Assembly (NCBI GenBank): GCA_048939625.1
Contig: JBHLPH010000007.1
Coordinates: 30,766-94,765, forward strand
Direction: 5' to 3'
Length of the DNA stretch: 64,000 bases
Origin: Promethearchaeota archaeon
GTDB taxonomy: Archaea; Asgardarchaeota; Hermodarchaeia; Hermodarchaeales; Hermodarchaeaceae
In this document: positions 28,382-37,143 of the stretch, in pieces
How the letters are laid out: each line of letters opens with the position of its first letter
How positions within the stretch are numbered: position 1 is the first letter of the stretch
The notes under the pieces: generated by a model
Told to the model about the DNA's origin: nothing
Databases searched by the model: none
What the model saw: only the letters and a program-made list of their open reading frames with translations
Translations under genes and position numbers: made by a program

Positions 28382-29320
28382 ATAACCGAAACACAGCAGG
28401 AATTATCAGACCTTATCGACACCTTCGATTCCTTTGAATTGGGTGAACCTATTCCAATGGGAAATGCCCATTATGTCCCCATACTCACAGAAAGAGAGGA
28501 TTTTCCTCGGGAGTATATTACAGTCCACGAAGCCCTTGAGCAAGGGTTAGTTGAGCTCCAAGATTCTGGACGGATTGATGCGGCTTGGGTAACAAACAAC
28601 GCCAGGAAGTCCGTCCTCTTTATCGCGGGTATGGATGTTCATGCTCAAGGAACTCAATCGCGCATTATCATTGGGAGTCATCTTGTGCCTCCCAAAACTA
28701 AAGTTGAATTACCCTGCCGATGTACCCATGATGTTCATCCGATTCGACAGTATCAATGTCTGATGACCGATGTCGAACATTATATGGTGGCCTCTCCAGG
28801 TGTTCGTGGGGCATCCATCGCAGGTGAAGTCGCTGCTCAGGACCACGTCTGGATGAAAGTCAAAGCACACCGAGAAAAACTCAAACATACATCTATTAGA
28901 GGTAAACCGCTACTAGATAAAGCGGAGAGCTCATCTCGACTGAGTATAGTGCAACAGAAAGCAGCGATGAATATTCAAGCGGAAATTAAAGAAATCCAAC
29001 CGCTTCCTTGTCAGATTGGGCTTGCCGTAATTAGTGAGGGAGAAGTTCAAGCCCTGGAGGTGTTTGATAGTCCCATAACTTATCGTCACTTCCACAAGCA
29101 TCTGATCGGCCGATTTTCGTATGAAATTGCAGCCCCCAAAGCCACACCAACACGGAAAGTAGCAGCACTCCGAGCGAAGATGCTGCAAGAGGTGCAACGT
29201 CTTAGTCAGCACTTGGATATCGAGGACGGCAAAGGAACTGCCCAGTGCAAAGGAAAAATTCTTGGGACCCTACAGAACAAGAATCACCGGCTTGTTCACT
29301 TGTGTCTCGAAAAGCTCTAA
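28382..29320 (+). CDS. ARPP-1/DUF6569-family protein, probable ATA start
   Basis: LGEPI...YVPI...YITVHEALEQGLVELQDSG...NNARKSVLFIAG...QSRII...LPCRC pattern; GGTGA at 28371 then in-frame ATA at 28382. Confidence 0.7.
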   Translation: MTETQQELSDLIDTFDSFELGEPIPMGNAHYVPILTEREDFPREYITVHEALEQGLVELQDSGRIDAAWVTNNARKSVLFIAGMDVHAQGTQSRIIIGSHLVPPKTKVELPCRCTHDVHPIRQYQCLMTDVEHYMVASPGVRGASIAGEVAAQDHVWMKVKAHREKLKHTSIRGKPLLDKAESSSRLSIVQQKAAMNIQAEIKEIQPLPCQIGLAVISEGEVQALEVFDSPITYRHFHKHLIGRFSYEIAAPKATPTRKVAALRAKMLQEVQRLSQHLDIEDGKGTAQCKGKILGTLQNKNHRLVHLCLEKL

Positions 29321-29435
29321 ACTGATTTGCTAGGACGTGCTCTGGGCAGTTCCTCTATTTTTTTATTCGTCAAGACCAAAGAATTTTGAAGCTCCAACAC
29401 CAACCTATTCAAAGTAAGGTTTAGGAGCTTCGCTA

Positions 29436-30392
29436 GTGAACTCTAAGTTACGATTAACAATTCGATGGCTCTTTGTCCTGTCCATTCTTCTGAGTTCGCT
29501 AGGCTCCTTCAGATTTCTAGTCTTAGAATATTCTTGCACTAGTTTCCAATCACCCGAAAACCCCCGCGAAGGTTGGGCAGTGTTGATGGAAATGAATTAT
29601 TATCCATCTGGATCCAATCTAGAAACCGGCTATAGTGACACTCAAAAATGGAATACCACTCTTCTGGCTCTGGGTTGGCAATCCAATCACATTTTGATTC
29701 ATCAAGGTCTTATTGATCAACAGGTTGGTTTGGCAGCATTTGATTTTCTGTTTGCCAACGTTGATACGAACGATGTTGTGCTATGGTTTGTGTTTGCCCA
29801 TGGCAACTATCTCCTCGAAAATATTGATTGGCAAACCTGGTTTCCGGACCACTGGACGAATCTCCAGAGTCAAGAAAAAATCTTCATTGCTTCTGCATGT
29901 TCATCGGAATTTCTCATTCAATCCCTCTCTGATGATGGAGTGCCCCATGTATACATTTCCTCTTCTGAAGCCGATGAATATTCCTGGGCCGGATTACCTG
30001 AAGAGGGGTTACCAATAATCGGAGAGGTATTCAACCATTTTCTAACCAATGCTTTACTAAATGCGTCAGCTGACTCAGATACCGATGGAGAAGTAACCAT
30101 GGAAGAGGCTTTCTTTTTTGCCGCTCCTCTTAGTCGAAGTTACATCTCTACGATTGTCTTTCCAGCTTTTCCTGATTTCGCTGAAATGTGTAACAATACA
30201 GCCCCTAATCCAGTTATGGATGATACTTATGAAGGTAATTTCTCTTTGCTAATTGAAGACGGAGCACCTCCAATAATGGCACCCTGGGTACTTCCAATTG
30301 AAGTAGGCATAATTATCGGTTTTGTGTGTGTAATCATAATTATTCTCATTACATTTGCGCTTGTTATTCAAAGACGAAAAATTCAATCCTAA
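29436..30392 (+). CDS. membrane-anchored clan CD (caspase/legumain-like) cysteine peptidase
   Basis: N-terminal signal; FVFAHG and IASACSS dyad motifs; DSDTDGEVTMEEAF; C-terminal TM. Confidence 0.75.
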   Translation: MNSKLRLTIRWLFVLSILLSSLGSFRFLVLEYSCTSFQSPENPREGWAVLMEMNYYPSGSNLETGYSDTQKWNTTLLALGWQSNHILIHQGLIDQQVGLAAFDFLFANVDTNDVVLWFVFAHGNYLLENIDWQTWFPDHWTNLQSQEKIFIASACSSEFLIQSLSDDGVPHVYISSSEADEYSWAGLPEEGLPIIGEVFNHFLTNALLNASADSDTDGEVTMEEAFFFAAPLSRSYISTIVFPAFPDFAEMCNNTAPNPVMDDTYEGNFSLLIEDGAPPIMAPWVLPIEVGIIIGFVCVIIIILITFALVIQRRKIQS

Positions 30393-30395
30393 TCG

Positions 30396-31187
30396 TTACA
30401 GTTTGTTTCGAATACGATTCGGAAGTGGATCCAAGATAATTTGATTTGTGCGTCTAGCTTGACGAATGAATTCAAGCGGTGTCTCGCTTCGCATTAGAAA
30501 GCGTAGGGTTTCGTCATCTGTGAAAAATCCTAATGTTGGGGATCCAAATTTTCTAGCAACAACTTCGAGTAATTTTCCATAATCGGTTTGCCAATCTTTA
30601 AAGGTGAATCCAAGCGGTTCTAAGGCTTTCGTTGTCGTAATCCGTTGAATTCGACCATCAGTAACCTGAAGGATTAGACTTGCCCATATGGTGTTTTCTT
30701 CGAAAATTGTGATAACACTCACGAAATTCGTAGGGAGTTGATCTAGCGCCATTCGGATTCGTTGAAATAACGAGAATAGTCCTTTCTCCCAAAATTCTCG
30801 AGGGAAGACATGAAATCGCCGATTGAACTCCTTTTCTAGACTTGAGTGGGCGATTTCAAGATATTGGAAGATATCCATTTCAGGGGCAAAAGCTGCTTGC
30901 ATTCTTGCTAACAGGTATACAACTAATCCTTGCTCAACCATAAACACGGCATCGATCCCTTTTCGTTGCTGCATCTGTTGTCCAATAATCGATGGGGTTG
31001 AGAATGGACCCGTTAAATCTGGTCGTAAACCCTGTGTTGAATGGAAGGCATGAATAATTTCACTGTTCTGGTACAATAGGAAAAGGATTGCTCGCTCGCT
31101 AGTGAACTGTGGGAGGGTGGATATCAGGTTGAACCAATGGGTGGTCTCAACATTTTGAAACTCATAATTATCATCAAGACGTCTCAT
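30396..31187 (-). CDS. hypothetical protein translationally coupled to the GH35 gene
   Basis: 263 aa; ATGA overlap with upstream stop. Confidence 0.8.
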   Translation of the reverse strand: MRRLDDNYEFQNVETTHWFNLISTLPQFTSERAILFLLYQNSEIIHAFHSTQGLRPDLTGPFSTPSIIGQQMQQRKGIDAVFMVEQGLVVYLLARMQAAFAPEMDIFQYLEIAHSSLEKEFNRRFHVFPREFWEKGLFSLFQRIRMALDQLPTNFVSVITIFEENTIWASLILQVTDGRIQRITTTKALEPLGFTFKDWQTDYGKLLEVVARKFGSPTLGFFTDDETLRFLMRSETPLEFIRQARRTNQIILDPLPNRIRNKL

Positions 31188-33343
31188 CGTACCACCTCAA
31201 AGATTCGAAAATCATGAGCGTTCAATGCAATTTCCTGAGGACCCTTCTGGGTTAATTGCTCGCCTGTCCAAAGATCACGAATCACCGCCCGTTTAGCAAC
31301 CATCAAGGACACTGACTGAGGTTGATTTGTTGCATTCACTTGAAAGATAATGCGAGGAGCACGGGTGCCCCAATAGACTTCATCAACAGATGAATTCCGG
31401 GCATCGCCAACAGCCGAGATATTCAGATGCTTCAAGGATTTCGTTAATGCTGTCTCAGCTTCAATGGCATCCTCTCGGTCGAGGGTAGGAGGAAGTGTAA
31501 TTCCAAGATACATAATCTTGCCTTTTCCAAGATCGGAGATACCTCCTGCAACTCGATTTCCTACACGTACTTTATTGTCTGATAGGCTAAAGGGATCGTG
31601 TAAACCCACTAGGGGACGGCGAGTTGAAGTCGGCTGAATGCCAGCTCGATCAGCCAGAATAGTACAACCTCGCATATCTGTACCTAAATAGGGAATTTCT
31701 GGGCCTACGATTGCTGTACCTCCACGTTCCACGAAGTCACCAATTTTCGACTGTAATGCTTCAGACATAAAATCAAAGCTGGGAATAATGAGTGCTTGAT
31801 AGCTATTTAGCGCGGGAGGATCCATTTCGGTGTCCCCAATAACAAAGGGAATTTTAGATCGGGTAAGTCCCCAATAGAATGCATTCCATAAGGCAGGATA
31901 GGCTTTTTGGATTGTTTCAGTATAGCTAAATGTTCGATTACTAAGGAGCAACTCATCCGGAAGACCTAGCAAATGGCTGAGCCAGTTGGAGTTTGTGCAC
32001 ATCCGGTAGAGCCGTTCATATTCAAGATTACGAAGCAGCACAACCGGCACATTTCGTTGTAATGAATGAAATTCCTGTGACTGGAGGATCTCCAGTATAC
32101 GTTTTAAAAATGTGAATTGGGTATCATCGATGATTCCTTGCTGGGAGATGGGGCTTCCCAACCACCGGTTTCGTCCAACTAGCATGTGCGTATTGAACCC
32201 ACGAAAACCATACATCATTGCGACAAGTAATGCAAATTGCTGGTCATTTGCCTGTAATCCTGGACCCCATGGCCAAATTCCCATGCCACTCTCAGATAAA
32301 TAGGGAAATCGACTGACTGTGCTAAGGTACAGAGCACTTCGGCGAATGTCATCATAATGCGATTGGCTGAGGTATAATCCAACACCTTGAAAGTCTAACT
32401 CCCGTTCAGTACGATAAACATTGAGAGGCAAGGAAGGATAGGATGAACGGATGCTATGCGAGGTGGGGATACCCCGAACTCCTCGAGACCAAAGAAGGCT
32501 GGCAAGGACACTGAGGGAGAGTGCCACATAATATTCTTGGAATTCCATCCAATCAAGGAATCGCGGAAGGGCTTCACGTTCTGTTGCAGCCAATGCCCGT
32601 GGAGGTTCAATATCAGTGAATTCGTTATATCTAGTTCTATATGCTCGGTTCAATCCTCCAATGGACGGATACTTACTGGTCAAGAATTCGTGGTACCACC
32701 GAATAGCATGTGCTGAGTAATCCGCACTAAACGCACCATTCAAGAAAATCCGAGAAATATCATTATCAATCTGAACGCTGATGATGGGACCTCCTGGTGC
32801 CAGATGACGGGTAATAATGGGACACACGACATCAAAGAATTTTGACACTTCATCATAGAATTTTTCGCTGGCATAACTTGGCATGGGAAACGGGTTGGGT
32901 ACTGCGGGGATGATTACCCGGGTCCCATAAGCGGTTTGCGCCTGAATTTCCGCATCATATAAGATGCGCTTCGGATATCCAAAATAATTGAGTTCCTCGT
33001 TTACACAAGGTCCTGGTCGGACAATAACATAGAGCCCTCGATTCCGACAGAGGGTGAGAAATCCCTCTAGGTTCCGTTGTTTGTTCGTTGTGCCAAAATC
33101 AAAAAGACCACTAGCTATCTCATGGATATTCCATGGAATAGCCAATGAAATGATGCGAAATCCGATACCAACGATTCGCTCTAGAATCTGGTCCCATTTT
33201 TCTGAAGGAATTCGCCAGTAGTCGACTGATCCACTATATAGAGGAAATACTTCGCCCTCGACCCTAATCGTATAGCCTTCAAGCTTTAGCGATGGTTGCA
33301 GACTTACACTAGAAACCTCTGTTCCAATGCTGTTCTGTTCCAT
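31184..33343 (-). CDS. GH35/GH42-like beta-galactosidase-family glycoside hydrolase
   Basis: YWRIP, IPWNIHE, RPGPCVNEE, GGPIISVQIDND, YLSESGMG, C-terminal trimerisation-like domain. Confidence 0.85.
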   Translation of the reverse strand: MEQNSIGTEVSSVSLQPSLKLEGYTIRVEGEVFPLYSGSVDYWRIPSEKWDQILERIVGIGFRIISLAIPWNIHEIASGLFDFGTTNKQRNLEGFLTLCRNRGLYVIVRPGPCVNEELNYFGYPKRILYDAEIQAQTAYGTRVIIPAVPNPFPMPSYASEKFYDEVSKFFDVVCPIITRHLAPGGPIISVQIDNDISRIFLNGAFSADYSAHAIRWYHEFLTSKYPSIGGLNRAYRTRYNEFTDIEPPRALAATEREALPRFLDWMEFQEYYVALSLSVLASLLWSRGVRGIPTSHSIRSSYPSLPLNVYRTERELDFQGVGLYLSQSHYDDIRRSALYLSTVSRFPYLSESGMGIWPWGPGLQANDQQFALLVAMMYGFRGFNTHMLVGRNRWLGSPISQQGIIDDTQFTFLKRILEILQSQEFHSLQRNVPVVLLRNLEYERLYRMCTNSNWLSHLLGLPDELLLSNRTFSYTETIQKAYPALWNAFYWGLTRSKIPFVIGDTEMDPPALNSYQALIIPSFDFMSEALQSKIGDFVERGGTAIVGPEIPYLGTDMRGCTILADRAGIQPTSTRRPLVGLHDPFSLSDNKVRVGNRVAGGISDLGKGKIMYLGITLPPTLDREDAIEAETALTKSLKHLNISAVGDARNSSVDEVYWGTRAPRIIFQVNATNQPQSVSLMVAKRAVIRDLWTGEQLTQKGPQEIALNAHDFRIFEVVR

Positions 33344-33465
33344 CGCGCTATATCACCGCATCCACACTGGTTCGGTTATCCGAACCCCGATATCCTCGTA
33401 ACATCCCACTCAACATTCAGTACTTGCTCATATTGAAATAAGTTGCCCTGCACGCTAAATTTCTG

Positions 33466-33897
33466 CTATTTGGTTGTGAAATCAAGCTTCTTTACGGGTT
33501 CTGGATACATTTGTCCTGGTTTCATGTACTCAATTTGTTTCGGAGTAATTTGGAGAAGCGTGAACTTCGGATCATCTGCTGATTTGAAGTAATTTGAAAA
33601 GAATGAGGTTGCACTTGCCAATCGACTTCGTATCTTTTTGTCATCGATAATTCTCGCAATAGCTGAAAAACGAACATATCCTCCACCATCTTCAAATCTG
33701 ATTAAACGAACAACCTCGACTTTCTCATTTACCTTGATTTGCGCGACTTTCGCATCAGCAGTACCAGTAAGGACGAAAAGCTCTCCTTCATTTTCAACTA
33801 GGGTTACTGGCCGCACACGAGGTTGATCCTTCTCTGCAGTTGCGAAAAAGATATTGTTTTCACCTCGCAACAAATCCTCTACAGTTGGGATATTCAT
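33466..33897 (-). CDS. pyridoxamine 5'-phosphate oxidase-like FMN-binding protein
   Basis: FFATAEKDQPRVRPV, KVAQIKVNEKVE split-barrel motifs. Confidence 0.88.
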   Translation of the reverse strand: MNIPTVEDLLRGENNIFFATAEKDQPRVRPVTLVENEGELFVLTGTADAKVAQIKVNEKVEVVRLIRFEDGGGYVRFSAIARIIDDKKIRSRLASATSFFSNYFKSADDPKFTLLQITPKQIEYMKPGQMYPEPVKKLDFTTK

Positions 33898-33911
33898 ACA
33901 TAGTCAACCTC

Positions 33912-34979
33912 CTACGGTTGCCATAACTGAGTGAATCCATATACTAAATCGATAGCGGCTTTGATGTCGCTTAATCGGAGCAGGGAAATGGCTGAATGGA
34001 TGTAGCGACAGGGCACAGAGACAACACCTGTTGGAATCCCTTTTCGGCTCTGCGAGATTGGTCCCCCATCAGTCCCACCCCCTAATGGCTGTTTGTACTG
34101 ATGTGGGATCTTTTTCTGCTTTGCAACTTCTTCTAAGGTTGTCAAAACCTTTGGGTGTGTAATCAAGGAGCGATCCGCCACAGTAATTGCTGGACCTTTA
34201 CCAAGGTCTGTCGGGGATTTGTGTCTGGGAATGCCAGGCATATCACCCGCGGATGTACATTCTAGCGCTATTGCGACATCGGGATCTAAGGTATAGGCCC
34301 CAGTTCGAGCCCCACGGCCTCCTACTTCTTCAGCTACTGCAAAATTCACTGCGATAGTTGATTTGTGTTCTCGTGACTTTGCTAACCGCTTCAATACTTC
34401 AATAATAATTAGACAACCGACTCGATCATCAAAGGCTTTGCCTGATACTGTGTCATCGGGGAGTTCGATGAAAGGTTGCCACACTGTTAAAGGCGTTCCA
34501 ATACGAATACCCATGGCTTCAATGACATCCTTTGATTGAACACCAATATCCACGTATAAATCATCAATCGAAATCACACTTTCCCGCTCTTTGGCTGTTG
34601 TAAGATGAGGGGGAGTTGCCCCAATTACACCGAAGATCTGTGTGGTAGGATCGGATCTTTGTGGACGGAGTATGACTCGATGTCCGGGAAGAATGCGTGG
34701 ATCCCAGCCACCAATTGGGGTTAAACGTAGGAATCCGTTCTCATGTATATAGCGAACAATGAATCCAATCTCGTCCACATGGGCATCAAGCAAGATTCGT
34801 GGCTTCTCCTGAGCACCCTTTCGGATACCCAGCAGATTTCCCAGCGGATCAATCCATGCTTCATCAACAAAGGCCTCGATTTCCTGATGAATGATAGATC
34901 GTGCGTCAGCTTCAAACCCTGAGATTCCTATCACTTCAGACAAAGAACGTAGAGTTTTACGTAGTGCCTCATCAGACAT
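33912..34979 (-). CDS. M42 (TET-type) aminopeptidase
   Basis: AHVDEIG, IGGWD, GKAFDDRVG, EEVGGRGA, GGTDG, RYIHS. Confidence 0.95.
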   Translation of the reverse strand: MSDEALRKTLRSLSEVIGISGFEADARSIIHQEIEAFVDEAWIDPLGNLLGIRKGAQEKPRILLDAHVDEIGFIVRYIHENGFLRLTPIGGWDPRILPGHRVILRPQRSDPTTQIFGVIGATPPHLTTAKERESVISIDDLYVDIGVQSKDVIEAMGIRIGTPLTVWQPFIELPDDTVSGKAFDDRVGCLIIIEVLKRLAKSREHKSTIAVNFAVAEEVGGRGARTGAYTLDPDVAIALECTSAGDMPGIPRHKSPTDLGKGPAITVADRSLITHPKVLTTLEEVAKQKKIPHQYKQPLGGGTDGGPISQSRKGIPTGVVSVPCRYIHSAISLLRLSDIKAAIDLVYGFTQLWQP

Positions 34980-35166
34980 TTTCGGGTCACCGGAAATGGT
35001 ACTTGTTCTACGTCTTTGTTGCCTAGGTTTGATTTAAGACTAATGTCGTTTTCTGATTTTGATTCGAAGATTTTTCTATATGGTTGCGGAAACCTTTAAT
35101 TGCTTAGAATCCACGCTAACCTTATGAATCTCCGTTAGGGACTTTGGCAAAAGGGTGGTGAAACTA

Positions 35167-36270
35167 ATGTTGCACTCGGTATTCATTTTTCTTCAATCCG
35201 GTGAAACCCTTGTCTCACACAGTTCACCAGTGGTAAAACTCGAACAAACGCTCCTAACGGGACTTCTCACTGCTATCCGCGAGTTTGGACATGAAGCAAT
35301 TGCTGAAGAAATTCGCACTATCGGCGCTGGTGAATATCGCTTCCACTACGACGTATATGATAAAACATCTTCCTCAGCTTCTCAGCAAGAAAAACCGCGT
35401 ACTGCAAGTGATGCCCCGATTGGTCTCATTACTGTCGGTTTAGCGGACGGAAATGCTGATGAACTCGAGGTCCAAGCCGTCCTCCACAGTCTCAATGTCC
35501 TCTTTTATGCTCAGTATGAATCACTTCTCCAGAAATGGAATGGTGATGTAAAACCTTTCCAAGCCTTTCTTCCCATCATCAATGATGCTCTTGAAGCGCA
35601 TAACGAACGATCACAAGTTGCCAAAAGGCGAATCTCATCCGCTGAATACATTCTTGAAACCTTCGAAGAAACACTGGACGTGGTCCTTCTTAACATCCTC
35701 GTTGGAAATGCCGTCATTATTACAGGTGTCAAGAATAAGAAATTTGAAGAACTTAGCGAAGCCATTGATAATGTGCTCCCATTCACTGTTCCCAACATGC
35801 TTGGGATTACGGATCTTGAAACTGCCCAGGGGATTCTTCAAAGCCGCGATGACCAACAACGCAAACGTCCAACACTTCTTGGTGTCTCTGAGAAAATCTA
35901 TCGGAGCTTAACCACTCCTAAAAACTTGGAACATTATCTGTTTGTGAACCTCTCCAAAAAATCACCTGTCTTTATTGCTCCCTCAAATCAGCCAAGTATG
36001 GATTTAGCCAAACAGGCTCTTGAAATGGCGAAGGATGACGTAGCAATCCAGGCAAAACTTCTTGAACTACAACTTGAAACTCTCCGAGCTCAACTTGCCA
36101 GCTTCATGGAATTTCGACGCAGTGCTCAACACTTCACACTGGAGCACCTGCGAGCATTAATGCACCTTGATTCTGAGCGTTTCCGGTTACTTACCTATTT
36201 ATCTCAGGAATCTATCCTTGTCCAACCAGCTGACCATGAAGTTTCTACAGTTTCAGACGATGATTCGTGA
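35167..36270 (+). CDS. longin domain plus DENN-like module (folliculin-like small-GTPase regulator candidate)
   Basis: N-terminal MLHSVFIFLQSGETL...LLTGLLTAIREFGHE (longin); NILVGNAVIITG...NVLP...TLLGVS and a helical tail resemble folliculin-type DENN. Confidence 0.7.
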   Translation: MLHSVFIFLQSGETLVSHSSPVVKLEQTLLTGLLTAIREFGHEAIAEEIRTIGAGEYRFHYDVYDKTSSSASQQEKPRTASDAPIGLITVGLADGNADELEVQAVLHSLNVLFYAQYESLLQKWNGDVKPFQAFLPIINDALEAHNERSQVAKRRISSAEYILETFEETLDVVLLNILVGNAVIITGVKNKKFEELSEAIDNVLPFTVPNMLGITDLETAQGILQSRDDQQRKRPTLLGVSEKIYRSLTTPKNLEHYLFVNLSKKSPVFIAPSNQPSMDLAKQALEMAKDDVAIQAKLLELQLETLRAQLASFMEFRRSAQHFTLEHLRALMHLDSERFRLLTYLSQESILVQPADHEVSTVSDDDS

Positions 36271-36518
36271 TTTGGCGCGCTAACTTTTCATCGGGTTTTC
36301 TGGGAATTTCTCTGTGCATCTTCTCAAAAATTAACGGGGCGTTTTAATGTTCATTTAGTCCATTTAATGACCGACTTAATTTTATTTTTTTAAAAATAAC
36401 CACTAATTAGCTTTTTTATGGAATTCTCTTCCATGACCTTTTTGTTCTGAATGTTAGTTTTTTTATTTTTCTTAATTATACGCATTTCTAAGCCCATTAG
36501 ACGACGTGGAGAAAACAT

Positions 36519-36584
36519 GCGAAGCTTTATATGTGCAAAAATGAAAATGAATGAACATCAATGAAATTTAATGAGGTATAATGA
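36519..36584 (+). promoter_or_regulatory. BRE/TATA followed by helically phased AATGA array
   Basis: GCGAAG-CTTTATAT (36519-36532); AATGA at 36540, 36550, 36560, 36570, 36580 (extra copy at 36546). Confidence 0.75.
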
Positions 36585-36587
36585 GAG

Positions 36588-36791
36588 ATGGCAACCGAGA
36601 AAGCGTCGGCGTCTGGGAGAGCTCAAACGGACGCGCTGACTCGTCTCCAAGCACCCAGCATCGAGGAGCAACTCAAAGAAGCGATGCCCTTGGTGACCGC
36701 GACGCTCCGAGTGCGGATTGCCCGAACAATTGCACAACTTCGTGAAGACGAATCACTAGCCAAACAAAAAAGAGGAGTGAGGAATTCGTGA
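36588..36791 (+). CDS. small helical hypothetical protein (first gene of AAA+ operon)
   Basis: 67 aa; GAGGT upstream; GTGA overlap with next gene. Confidence 0.7.
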   Translation: MATEKASASGRAQTDALTRLQAPSIEEQLKEAMPLVTATLRVRIARTIAQLREDESLAKQKRGVRNS

Positions 36792-37069
36792 GCGACAAAG
36801 CCAAAGCGCTTCAACCCAAGCTACGACTTCAAGAAGCTATGGCCCAACTTGATGCCGCAACCGTACTTGAACTCATCACCCCCACCACCCGGACCTTCCA
36901 ATGTCAACGTAATGGTCACTTGGTCGATGGCGGGTATTGTGCCCTCTTCTGTCCAATTGGAAAGGAGATGGTAGTCTATGATCCCACCGGCGGCATTGAA
37001 GTCGTCTGTCCCTTCGCTTTCAACAATTTCTTGGGGCGAATGGGAGACGGTACTTCCAGCGATGCATAA
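36788..37069 (+). CDS. small Cys-rich (putative metal-binding) protein
   Basis: 93 aa; FQCQRNGH...YCALFCP...VCPF; GGAGTGAGG upstream. Confidence 0.72.
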   Translation: MSDKAKALQPKLRLQEAMAQLDAATVLELITPTTRTFQCQRNGHLVDGGYCALFCPIGKEMVVYDPTGGIEVVCPFAFNNFLGRMGDGTSSDA

Positions 37070-37143
37070 GGTAACCGGATCTGGGAGAAGTGTGGAAAGA
37101 AACAATCTGGTGCTGAAAACACCTCAACCATTGGTGAAGGAAT

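Noticed and set aside
36540-36584. CRISPR array
   Set aside because: Repeat is only 5 bp with 5-bp spacers; no cas genes in the window.
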